A stretch of 64,000 nt of DNA, taken from NCBI GenBank assembly GCA_038065475.1, contig JBBTQY010000005.1:2793-66792 (forward strand), given 5' to 3'. Positions 55,537 to 63,325 of the stretch are shown piece by piece; within the stretch, counting starts at the first letter, position 1, and each line of letters begins with the position of its first letter. This DNA is from Patescibacteria group bacterium. Lineage in GTDB: Bacteria; Patescibacteriota; Minisyncoccia; Ryanbacterales; GWA2-47-10b. The position numbers and the translations under genes were made by a program. The notes below the pieces were generated by a model. That model did no database searches. It was not told the origin of the DNA and worked only from the letters and a program-made list of their open reading frames with translations.

Positions 55537-55878
55537 ATGGCAATAAATTTAAACATAGATTTCAACTCGCTTTTTAAAAAAAGAAAGGCAACCGCCCATT
55601 CTTCCGATGCTCTCATACCGGCGACAAAAAAAGTATGGCGTTTTTCTATTATGTTTCTTGCCATTTTTGCCATATTGATTGTGGCCTATGACGGCTATAT
55701 TTTTTGGGAGTATGTCTATAACCAGCAAGATGTTGATATCGGTGGTCAGGGTACGGTAGAGGGTATCAACCGCGCGCTTTTTGACAACGTATCAAAATCA
55801 ATTGATGAGCGCGCATCGAAGTTTAGAGAAGCAAGGGGAGCAGAGGTATTTAAAAACCCTTTTCATACGAGCAAGTAG
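55537..55878 (+). CDS. hypothetical single-TM protein at the end of the pilMNO operon
   Basis: 113 aa with a TM helix (FSIMFLAIFAILIVAYDGYIFW). Possible PilP analogue. Confidence 0.45.
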   Translation: MAINLNIDFNSLFKKRKATAHSSDALIPATKKVWRFSIMFLAIFAILIVAYDGYIFWEYVYNQQDVDIGGQGTVEGINRALFDNVSKSIDERASKFREARGAEVFKNPFHTSK

Positions 55879-55894
55879 TTTTAACCTTTAGCTG

Positions 55895-55966
55895 TGCCCC
55901 GGGAGGGAATCGAACCCCCATCAACGGCTTAGAAGTCCGCTGCACTATCCATTGTGCTACCAGGGC
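55895..55966 (-). tRNA. tRNA-Arg (anticodon TCT), with one mismatch in the anticodon stem
   Basis: Reverse complement: GCCCTGG-TA-GCAC-AATGGATA-GTGC-A-GCGGA-CTTCTAA-GCCGT-TGAT-GGGGG-TTCGATT-CCCTC-CCGGGGC-A. Confidence 0.6.
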
Positions 55967-56049
55967 TTAAAATGCTGGGAGCATTTTAAGCAGTTGGTGA
56001 CCGTGCGACAGCACGGCATATAACCACCAACTGTACCTTATCATATATC

Positions 56050-56580
56050 CTAGAGTGCTCTCAATTTTTTGTATACCTTGTATACAGTACGCGCACCATT
56101 AATGGCGCGGTGGGGCATCGGTTCTTTTTCAATGCCTAGTCGTTTGCAGAGACCCGTGAGTTTGAGGGTAAGGTCTGCTTCATGTCGCAATTTTTCGTAG
56201 GCAATGCCCACTACGTCGAGCGTATGGTAGTCCAAAGGATTTTTGATGCCGAGGCGGCGGTAGGTTTCCATAAGAAAGCTCCAGTCAGATGGTGTATTCC
56301 AAGCGGCAAACATAGCGCCTTGCGTGAGTGCTGAGTATTCGGCGAGCGCTTCTTGTATTGATATGGCGTCTTTCCAGAGCTCATCGCGATATCCCAAAAA
56401 TACAAGCGATTCACCATCAGCGTTCTCAGGGCGCTCCATGCGCACCTTTTTATCCATCTCCGCAATTACTTCAAGAGTTTCGGCATCAGCAACCACCGCA
56501 CCAAATTCAACAATGTCGTGACGCAAAGGGTCGAGGCCTGACATTTCAAAATCAGTAAATGCTATTTTAGAAAAACTCAT
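56050..56580 (-). CDS. DEDD-family 3'-5' exonuclease (DnaQ/oligoribonuclease-like)
   Basis: FTDFEMSGLDP...EFGAV (Exo I), H...DV (Exo III HTLDVVG). 176 aa. Confidence 0.75.
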   Translation of the reverse strand: MSFSKIAFTDFEMSGLDPLRHDIVEFGAVVADAETLEVIAEMDKKVRMERPENADGESLVFLGYRDELWKDAISIQEALAEYSALTQGAMFAAWNTPSDWSFLMETYRRLGIKNPLDYHTLDVVGIAYEKLRHEADLTLKLTGLCKRLGIEKEPMPHRAINGARTVYKVYKKLRAL

Positions 56581-57188
56581 ATGCCAATGATAAGCTTGAT
56601 GATAAATTCACTCACCGTGCTGACAATGCCTGAGAAAAAGAAAATAAAGATAAGGAGCAATACAAAGCCGTATTGTTCGAGGAGCGCTTCATATCGATGC
56701 CAGTAATAGGGGAAGAAGCTAAAGAGTACTTTGGAGCCGTCGAGCGGAGGGATGGGTACCATGTTAAATACCGCGAGTACCACGTTGACGACAGTAATCA
56801 TGCCGCAAATCTGTAAAAATGCGATTGGTAGCGCGCCATCACCAAAGCGCAAGATAAGGCCAAATACGAGCGCGAGCAAAATATTTGAGAGGGGACCCGC
56901 CGCACCCACAATCGCTGAGCCCCACTGTTGGTTGCGCAGGTTGTAGGGGTTATATGGTACGGGCCGAGCCCAGCCGATTAAAAACGGACTGCCCGTTGCT
57001 ACCAAAAGGAGTGGCAGGGCAATCGAGCCGATGGGATCGAGGTGCGGTATGGGGTTGAGGGTGAGGCGCCCTGCATATTGCGCGGTCTTGTCACCCTGCG
57101 CATAGGCGGCCACGCCATGAGAAACCTCGTGGATGACGACCGACATCACAAGAATGGCTACCTGAAAGAGAATATCTATTGCGTCCAT
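56577..57188 (-). CDS. site-2 protease family (M50) zinc metalloprotease
   Basis: HEVSHGVAAY HExxH motif inside a TM helix. Polytopic. LDGS motif (IPPLDGSKVLFSFF). Confidence 0.75.
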   Translation of the reverse strand: MDAIDILFQVAILVMSVVIHEVSHGVAAYAQGDKTAQYAGRLTLNPIPHLDPIGSIALPLLLVATGSPFLIGWARPVPYNPYNLRNQQWGSAIVGAAGPLSNILLALVFGLILRFGDGALPIAFLQICGMITVVNVVLAVFNMVPIPPLDGSKVLFSFFPYYWHRYEALLEQYGFVLLLIFIFFFSGIVSTVSEFIIKLIIGI

Positions 57189-57228
57189 AAGGAGAATATG
57201 ATATACATAATATGTTTTCTAGTGACTT

Positions 57229-57417
57229 ATGGCAACTAAAACTTGTACAATTTGCGGCAAAGGATCGATGATGGGCGGCAAGCGCAAGCTTCTTCGCGGT
57301 CACTACAATCCTGTAAAATGGGAGCGCAAGCACCCAAATCTCCAATGGCTCCGCGTGGGTAAGACTCCGCGTGTTTTGGCGTGCACGACGTGCATCCGTA
57401 AACGCAAAACTGCGTAA
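57229..57417 (+). CDS. rpmB: 50S ribosomal protein L28
   Basis: MATKTCTICGKGSMMGGKRK...PNLQWLRV...CTTCIRK. 62 aa. Confidence 0.8.
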   Translation: MATKTCTICGKGSMMGGKRKLLRGHYNPVKWERKHPNLQWLRVGKTPRVLACTTCIRKRKTA

Positions 57418-57446
57418 TAAAAGCGAATTATGCTCCCAGCATAATT

Positions 57447-57520
57447 CGGAGTATGGGGTAGTGGTAGCCCGCGTCCATGGGGTGGATGCAGCCTCAGTTC
57501 GATTCTGAGTACTCCGACCA
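57447..57520 (+). tRNA. tRNA-Pro (anticodon GGG), 3' CCA encoded
   Basis: Acceptor CGGAGTA/TACTCCG, D-arm GGGT-AGTGGTA-GCCC, anticodon arm CGTCC-ATGGGGT-GGATG, T-arm CTCAG-TTCGATT-CTGAG, followed by ACCA. Confidence 0.65.
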
Positions 57521-57889
57521 ATGAAAAAGAAACTTTGGTTTCGGGCAAAAGATTACGGATGGGGGTGGCAGCCGTGCTCATGGCAGGGCTGGCTCATTAT
57601 CGCCGCATATATTGCGGGTATGTTTTTTATCGCTTTGCGTATTGATACACGTTCACACTCGGCGAGTGATGCGCTCATAAGTTTTATACCACTATCAATC
57701 ATTCTGACAGCGATTGTTATCTGGATTTCTTCGGCATACGGTGAACGCCCCGAGTGGCGCTGGGCGGGTAAACACGTGCCCGCGCACGTAGTGCTTTTTA
57801 AGTCAGTGATTTTGGTAGCAATTTTTTCCATACTCATAGCAGGTATCATACTGGTGCTCAACGCACTTGGCCTAACTATTTCAAAATAA
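57521..57889 (+). CDS. hypothetical membrane protein
   Basis: 122 aa, three or four TM helices, Trp-rich N-terminus. Confidence 0.5.
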   Translation: MKKKLWFRAKDYGWGWQPCSWQGWLIIAAYIAGMFFIALRIDTRSHSASDALISFIPLSIILTAIVIWISSAYGERPEWRWAGKHVPAHVVLFKSVILVAIFSILIAGIILVLNALGLTISK

Positions 57890-57900
57890 TTTTATACTGA

Positions 57901-58416
57901 TTGCATAAACATGTAGAGACAGGCATAGTATTTGCAGACTTTGTGTTGTTTGCTATGCGCCACCGGCGCAGTGGAGGCGATATGGCCGCAGAACCCTTCG
58001 AACTCAAGCCTGAAGACATCGGGTACTGGACGACAAAGGGGCACAGAAGTGTACGTGCCCTGGTCAAACTCTCGCGCGGCGGTCTCCCTGCCGAGGGAAA
58101 TGCCGAGGCCGATGATCTTGAGTCGGCTGTGATTGCCGCGATCATGAAGGCTCTCGGAAGATGGTACGACACGGTACCGTTTACGTACCAAGGCTATCAG
58201 CACGGGAGTCGAGACATCGGCGCTGGGAGATGGATCTTCGTACACGCATCAGATGGCAAGCGCATGATGAGCGGCCGTGCGGAACGCAAAGACCTCTTCA
58301 AGGCCGTAGGTCAGGCGTTCATTGCTGCTATCAACGGCCTCTGTGGCGTGGACAATCATGCCGCAGTTCCCACCGGTGATGGACGCGTGCGCCCGTTTCC
58401 TCCAGTCACAATGTGA
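57901..58416 (+). CDS. hypothetical protein (GC-rich); likely start at the MAAEPF Met (57979)
   Basis: Protein-like composition, GC-rich block, strong terminator downstream. Confidence 0.45.
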   Translation: MHKHVETGIVFADFVLFAMRHRRSGGDMAAEPFELKPEDIGYWTTKGHRSVRALVKLSRGGLPAEGNAEADDLESAVIAAIMKALGRWYDTVPFTYQGYQHGSRDIGAGRWIFVHASDGKRMMSGRAERKDLFKAVGQAFIAAINGLCGVDNHAAVPTGDGRVRPFPPVTM

Positions 58417-58427
58417 TCACATCCACC

Positions 58428-58456
58428 GCCTAGAGCAACCCTCTAGGCGATTTTTT
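58428..58456 (+). terminator. intrinsic terminator
   Basis: GCCTAGAG-CAACC-CTCTAGGC followed by GATTTTTTT. Confidence 0.7.
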
Positions 58457-58495
58457 TATGTAAATTTTATTGACTGGGTGTTATAATGATGAGGT

Positions 58496-59098
58496 ATGTA
58501 TAAGAGTCTCGCAATCTTGCTATTGTGTTTCATTGGTATCGTATTCGCAATGCCAGTTCATGCGCACTATTCACCTCAGAATCCATACGGAGGCTATTCG
58601 ATATTGCCCGCACCAGATTTTATGACGGAGACGAATCTAAGATTGGGGGCGCAGTCTTTGTATTTTGCCGGAATACCTTTGTTGGCTTTTGTCGTTTCCT
58701 TGTTTTACTTTTTTGCCGCACTGCGCGCTCAAGGATACAGGGCAGGTATTGGCGTACGCATTTCTATTTTAATTTGGCATATTGTTGCCGGTATAGCCGG
58801 CTTCGTCGCAGGTTTCATGGTGACAGCAGACATTGGCGGATCACTCACACCTCCATTTTTTGAAATATTCTTTTTTGATGTAGGTTTGCTTATCGTATTT
58901 TTCATACGGGCTATTATCAGTATTGTCATCCCGTGTTTCTTTGGTTTTGTTGCTCTTACAACAATAAAAAACCTTACATGGTCACAGCGCAAAAATATTC
59001 TCTCTACGTACTGTCTTGCATTTAGTCCGTTTTTCTTTCCTATCGGCTTCGTGATTGGTTTTATGCGTATTCGTTTTGCGCAGCGAACACGGCGTTAA
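58496..59098 (+). CDS. hypothetical polytopic membrane protein
   Basis: 200 aa, five or six TM helices. Confidence 0.5.
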   Translation: MYKSLAILLLCFIGIVFAMPVHAHYSPQNPYGGYSILPAPDFMTETNLRLGAQSLYFAGIPLLAFVVSLFYFFAALRAQGYRAGIGVRISILIWHIVAGIAGFVAGFMVTADIGGSLTPPFFEIFFFDVGLLIVFFIRAIISIVIPCFFGFVALTTIKNLTWSQRKNILSTYCLAFSPFFFPIGFVIGFMRIRFAQRTRR

Positions 59099-59504
59099 AT
59101 TGATACAAGCAAAAATTCTCTCCATTTGCGACGGGTTGCTATTGATCTCGGGTAGCCTTTTCGCGGCACATGTTTTCGGCTTGAATCAATTTATATATTT
59201 TATATTTGATGATTACTTTTTTGGATATACAATAAAATATCTTTATTTATTGTACGTTGTAGATATTTTGATAATATTCTTAGTCATTTGGCTTATGAAG
59301 CGCGCTGAGAAGTTAGCAAATAAACTTTTAATGTTCTGGGCCGTTTTTAATATTGTTGAGGCACTCTTTGATATTTTCCACTTTTCGTATGACCCCCATT
59401 TTCTTTTTGAAGAGGTCTTTTTTCTAGGGCTCTATATATATCTTTTCAGACTTTCAGAGCGAAGCTGTGCGGTCAGCAGACGTGTTTCAGTCTCAATGCC
59501 CTAG
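59055..59504 (+). CDS. hypothetical membrane protein
   Basis: 149 aa, AT-rich, hydrophobic. Start uncertain. Confidence 0.4.
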   Translation: MVLCVFVLRSEHGVKLIQAKILSICDGLLLISGSLFAAHVFGLNQFIYFIFDDYFFGYTIKYLYLLYVVDILIIFLVIWLMKRAEKLANKLLMFWAVFNIVEALFDIFHFSYDPHFLFEEVFFLGLYIYLFRLSERSCAVSRRVSVSMP

Positions 59505-59900
59505 GTGATTTTTCTTTTTCGTTTATCAGTAATATGTTTTAATAAAAAATGTATGGATCAAGCAATATTTTTAAGAAGGCAATTTATTTCAGTTTTTTTT
59601 CTGATATTTCCCGGAATTATACAATTGTTTTCCTATCCTTTTCGTGAATTTTTAGTCTCAGACCTTGTAGGTGTAAATATTCTTATTGCACTTGGGTTTC
59701 TTGGTTTTCTTTCCAGTCTTATCGCTCTCAAGCGTTTTATAACAGACTATAGAAGAGAATTAGGTTTTTCCCGCTCGATCTTTGCAATATTTATTGTGTT
59801 GGCTGTCGGCGGTGTGTATTGGACGGGATCTCAATTTCTTGCGTATTCAGGGCTTGTATTCTTCTTCGCTGCTTGGCTTTTCGGCTCATCAGGGTTTTAA
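59505..59900 (+). CDS. hypothetical membrane protein
   Basis: 131 aa and hydrophobic. Possible start at MDQAIF (59553). Confidence 0.4.
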   Translation: MIFLFRLSVICFNKKCMDQAIFLRRQFISVFFLIFPGIIQLFSYPFREFLVSDLVGVNILIALGFLGFLSSLIALKRFITDYRRELGFSRSIFAIFIVLAVGGVYWTGSQFLAYSGLVFFFAAWLFGSSGF

Positions 59901-59943
59901 ATAAAAAATCCGCCTGGCTCATGTCGAGCAGGCGGGGTGGTGG

Positions 59944-60273
59944 TCACGAGGTGGCGCGGAAGGCCTCGCAAATCTCGTCTTTGCTGGCGAAATCGCGCTC
60001 CTCCCAGTCGAAGTGGATGCGCTCGGTGAGTAGGACGCTACAGGCAAACATGAAGCCATGGTCGCTTGCCCAGATGGTCTTGCCTTTCATGCGAAGCGTG
60101 AAGGAGGTTGTGGGGATCCCACCGATTCGGACGAAGGTAAGCGCTCCATCTTCATCCGGCTCTTCACGCAGCGTGTGGCCGCCGTAGGCACCCTCGTGTG
60201 TTGCCGCTGCACGCAGCAACGCCTTGAGCCCTTCCTCGTTCTTGTCGCGTGCCGTGATGATATTCATCCGCAT
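59944..60273 (-). CDS. hypothetical protein (GC-rich) with its own minus-strand terminator
   Basis: 109 aa. Minus-strand terminator CCGCCTGCTCGACATGAGCCAGGCGG followed by ATTTTTTATTT at 59904-59935. Confidence 0.5.
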   Translation of the reverse strand: MRMNIITARDKNEEGLKALLRAAATHEGAYGGHTLREEPDEDGALTFVRIGGIPTTSFTLRMKGKTIWASDHGFMFACSVLLTERIHFDWEERDFASKDEICEAFRATS

Positions 60274-60452
60274 CAGCGTTCTCCTCCTTTTCTGTAAAGA
60301 GGGTAGCGAAAAGTTTCCTCTTTTTCAACTCAAACTAGGCGATTTCTCTTTTATACAGTACTTTATGAGGTGGACTTGGATAAACAAAAAAACCGCGGTC
60401 CATGCGGTTTTGGTTACGGCACTTTGAAAACTAAGTGATACTTCTTAGGATA

Positions 60453-60722
60453 TTACCATGGACCCATTCCGAGAAGAGCTAGAGTTGCTACGCCAAAAAC
60501 AATCATCCAGAAGCTAGCAACAAGTCCAATGGGTATTGCAACCCAACGATGCCATCCAGAATGTTTAATGACAGTCCAAAGACTAAAGATAAAACCAAAA
60601 GCACCAGCTATCGACAAGAGGAGGACGATTGTTAAGTCATTAAGCGGCCTTTGTAAAAACAGAGGCAAACTCGAAAGGATAAGGAAGATGAAGGCGATGA
60701 AAAGTTTGGTATTTGCGTTCAT
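60453..60722 (-). CDS. possible small membrane protein (divergently overlaps the start of the next gene by ~25 nt)
   Basis: 89 aa, three TM-like segments, plausible protein composition. Confidence 0.35.
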   Translation of the reverse strand: MNANTKLFIAFIFLILSSLPLFLQRPLNDLTIVLLLSIAGAFGFIFSLWTVIKHSGWHRWVAIPIGLVASFWMIVFGVATLALLGMGPW

Positions 60723-62655
60723 GGTGTTGATTGGCGCGTGCTCGTCGAGCTACGCGTATAGCATCATGGCTCACCGGTATTTTGCCTGCAAAGCTCTCGC
60801 TGGGCTTGGTGGGTATCCAGATGCCGAGGCCGAGCTGCGCGCCCATGCCTACTGCAATGATTGTACTATCTTCGGCGCATGTAGTCGATATCCGCTCAGG
60901 CGCGACCCTTTCCCGCAGTATTACAAGTATCTGAGTGAGAGTCAGTCTTCGCTGTCCGCAACAGTAGATGCTGTCTGCAAGGGGGCTGATGTTGCAAACT
61001 ACTCACCCCCCGAACAAACTTCTTACAAGGCAATACATATTGATTATCCAGGTGATGATATTCTTATGGGCGCAATCGAAGAAGATGGTGGATCAGTGGT
61101 TGATCATATAATGGGTATGCGCATCCCACGGTATCTGACTCATTTTTGGGATCCCGATCTTGATCCAACCGGTGCTCAAGGAGGGCTTTCACTTGGATTG
61201 CGGCCGGGTAAAAATCTAAACGACATTCTCAAAAAACTAGGGTCCCCACTCTGTCCAGAGGCAGACCAGCCATCTTGCGAAGAACGAGAAACGGCGCTCA
61301 GTCGCGCTAGGTCTCTCTGGAGTCACGCCTTAAATCTCTATCGGGCGGGCAACAAACGCGAAGCTTACTATGTCTTGGGGCGAGTTGCTCATCTTCTCTC
61401 AGATCTCACGGTACCCGCGCATGTGCATAGTGATGTGCACGGCGGGGCGATCGCGGGTGCACTGATTGCCGACGCGTGCTGCGGAGGCAAGCAACACGCC
61501 GAGAAAGATAAAGACACGCTTGAGCTGCGCACAAAGAATGCCGCGCTTCTCAAGAGCTTTGATGACATAGACGTGATGCCTTATCATCACGAGACTCTTC
61601 TCGACGACGCGCTCTGGGCGAGTGTCACTGACAATCCATCCGACGGACTCTTTCGTCTTTTCTGGTTCACCGCCCAGAAGACGCAGTATTGGGCAAGCGA
61701 TGGCGACAAAGATCCATCGCCTCCTATTACCGTGTCCGGTGGGCGCTGCGAGGCTCCTGATTTTCTGAAGGATGCCAAGCAAATCTGTATCGAGTATGCC
61801 AAACAGAGCCCCGCATTCTATCGCGCAAAAGATGGTTCCCCAGGTTTCCTCCCAGCTGATCTCTGGGCCGCAGAAGGGATGCCGCTCCATCAACCGTGCG
61901 AGATTAGGTCTCTCACCGCCAATGAAGAAAAAGTCATGGCGCGAGCACTCGCGACTCATGCACTCTCAGCGGTTTCCGGCCTCTATCGGCTCTTCTGGGA
62001 TCAGACGCATGATCAGGACGGCGATGGGTACGGCGTAGTCACTGACTGTGATGATGCCAACCCCGCCATGTTCCCCGGCAATACCGAGGTGTGCACTGAC
62101 GCGCTCGACAACGATTGCGACGGCGAGGCCAACGAAAACTGCGCGTCGTTTGCAATCACCCACAGCCCCTACGCCCATGATCCTGATGGTGATGGCGACC
62201 ACGACCCTCACCAACTCTCTGACATTCGAGTCGCTGAATCGTCAGGCGGTGTCTCGTCTCTCGTCACATTAAGTCTCGAGGTTACAGGAGGTTTTGCAGA
62301 AAACGTTCTTCTGCGGGTTGCAGGTATTGCCCCAGATGACAGTCCGGTGCACATGCCCGACGGTCCAGACGATGACCTGCTGCCAGATGACTATGGTGAT
62401 GGCGTGGCAGATGGCCCGTACAATGCTGATTTCACGCTACTTTTCAGCCCGCGCTTTGGTCCGGGTGCGGGCACAACAACAAGAACCATCCCCGCAGGGG
62501 GTTCTACCGAGTTCAAGCTTCGTAGGCTCGCCACACTCGCGCCCGGGCGGTACATGCTCAAGATTGAGGGCGTGAGCGCGGTGACCTCACTGACACGCTC
62601 TGCCGAACTCGTGCTGGTGATCGGTGAGAATACGCCGGGGTACACTCCCCGCTAG
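60697..62655 (+). CDS. secreted zinc-dependent phospholipase C / P1-nuclease-superfamily-like protein with MopE-like Cys motif and C-terminal beta domain
   Basis: Start placed at MKSLVFAFMVLIGACSSSYAYS (signal peptide, RBS AAGGAAG 9 nt upstream). HFWDPDLDP and GRVAHLLSDLTVPAHVH resemble Zn-PLC metal-binding motifs. DGYGVVTDCDDANPAMFPGNTEVCTDALDNDCDGEANENC is a MopE-like motif. GC-rich. Confidence 0.6.
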   Translation: MKSLVFAFMVLIGACSSSYAYSIMAHRYFACKALAGLGGYPDAEAELRAHAYCNDCTIFGACSRYPLRRDPFPQYYKYLSESQSSLSATVDAVCKGADVANYSPPEQTSYKAIHIDYPGDDILMGAIEEDGGSVVDHIMGMRIPRYLTHFWDPDLDPTGAQGGLSLGLRPGKNLNDILKKLGSPLCPEADQPSCEERETALSRARSLWSHALNLYRAGNKREAYYVLGRVAHLLSDLTVPAHVHSDVHGGAIAGALIADACCGGKQHAEKDKDTLELRTKNAALLKSFDDIDVMPYHHETLLDDALWASVTDNPSDGLFRLFWFTAQKTQYWASDGDKDPSPPITVSGGRCEAPDFLKDAKQICIEYAKQSPAFYRAKDGSPGFLPADLWAAEGMPLHQPCEIRSLTANEEKVMARALATHALSAVSGLYRLFWDQTHDQDGDGYGVVTDCDDANPAMFPGNTEVCTDALDNDCDGEANENCASFAITHSPYAHDPDGDGDHDPHQLSDIRVAESSGGVSSLVTLSLEVTGGFAENVLLRVAGIAPDDSPVHMPDGPDDDLLPDDYGDGVADGPYNADFTLLFSPRFGPGAGTTTRTIPAGGSTEFKLRRLATLAPGRYMLKIEGVSAVTSLTRSAELVLVIGENTPGYTPR

Positions 62656-62696
62656 TTTCATTGTCCAGAGATTCACTCTCTGGGCATTTTTCTTTT

Positions 62697-62727
62697 TATA
62701 GTGTAAAGTATACTTAACATGTCGAAA
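62697..62727 (+). promoter_or_regulatory. promoter/operator of the XRE gene: near-palindrome TGTAAAGTATACTTAACA containing -10 TATACT, 5 nt before the ATG (leaderless)
   Basis: AAGTATACTT is a perfect palindrome. Shares the 14-mer TGTAAAGTATACTT with the 24-bp palindrome at 63266-63289. Confidence 0.55.
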
Positions 62728-62922
62728 GAAGTACTCAAAAACCGTGTGTATGATCTGCGCACAGCAGCCGAGGCGACCCAAGAAGAATTGGGTGATGCGG
62801 TGGGCGTGACGCGGCAGACTATCATCGCCATCGAGCGGGGCAACTATACACCCTCGGTAACATTGGCGCTCAAGCTCGCGCGGTTTTTCAAAAAATCAGT
62901 AGAAGATATTTTTAAATTATGA
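62719..62922 (+). CDS. XRE-family (Cro/CI-type) helix-turn-helix transcriptional regulator
   Basis: LRTAAEATQEELGDAVGVTRQTIIAIERGNYTPSVTLALKLARFF. 67 aa. Confidence 0.85.
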   Translation: MSKEVLKNRVYDLRTAAEATQEELGDAVGVTRQTIIAIERGNYTPSVTLALKLARFFKKSVEDIFKL

Positions 62923-63269
62923 AAGAGATTGTCGTAGGTATTGCCGTATTTATTCTTCTCGTAGCGGTTGTAAATCCGTTTGAGATTTGGATGCCTGATA
63001 TGTTTGTTATGACGCTTGTGGCATTGCTTGCCGCAGCCACCGCGCTTTTCGCAGTATTCATACTCTCCGAGCGTGGGGGAGACGAGCGTGATGCGTTTCA
63101 TCGCATGCTGGCTGATCGCTATGCGTTTTTAGCGGGTGCAGGCGTGCTCGTAGTAGGTATTGTTGTTGAGAGTTTTCGACATTCGCTCGATATATGGCTG
63201 CCACTCGCGCTTGGCGCGATGGTGCTTGTAAAGATTGCGAGCCTGCTTTACGGCAGGCGAAATTATTAA
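62919..63269 (+). CDS. small membrane protein co-transcribed with the XRE regulator
   Basis: 116 aa, three or four TM helices. Start overlaps the XRE stop (ATGA). Confidence 0.6.
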   Translation: MKEIVVGIAVFILLVAVVNPFEIWMPDMFVMTLVALLAAATALFAVFILSERGGDERDAFHRMLADRYAFLAGAGVLVVGIVVESFRHSLDIWLPLALGAMVLVKIASLLYGRRNY

Positions 63270-63289
63270 CAACAATATGTAAAGTATAC
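63266..63289. promoter_or_regulatory. 24-bp perfect palindrome ATATGTAAAGTATACTTTACATAT (operator-like; embeds TATACT)
   Basis: Perfect inverted repeat immediately after the membrane-protein stop, about 40 nt upstream of the thioredoxin-like gene. Confidence 0.6.
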
Positions 63290-63325
63290 TTTACATATTT
63301 TATATTATTCGTTAGTCTGATACTT

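Noticed and set aside
60529-60696. Upstream extension of the secreted PLC-like ORF (ORF-track start 60529)
   Set aside because: No signal peptide or RBS there. The Met at 60697 is preceded by AAGGAAG and begins a classic signal peptide. The extension would also fully overlap the divergent small membrane ORF.
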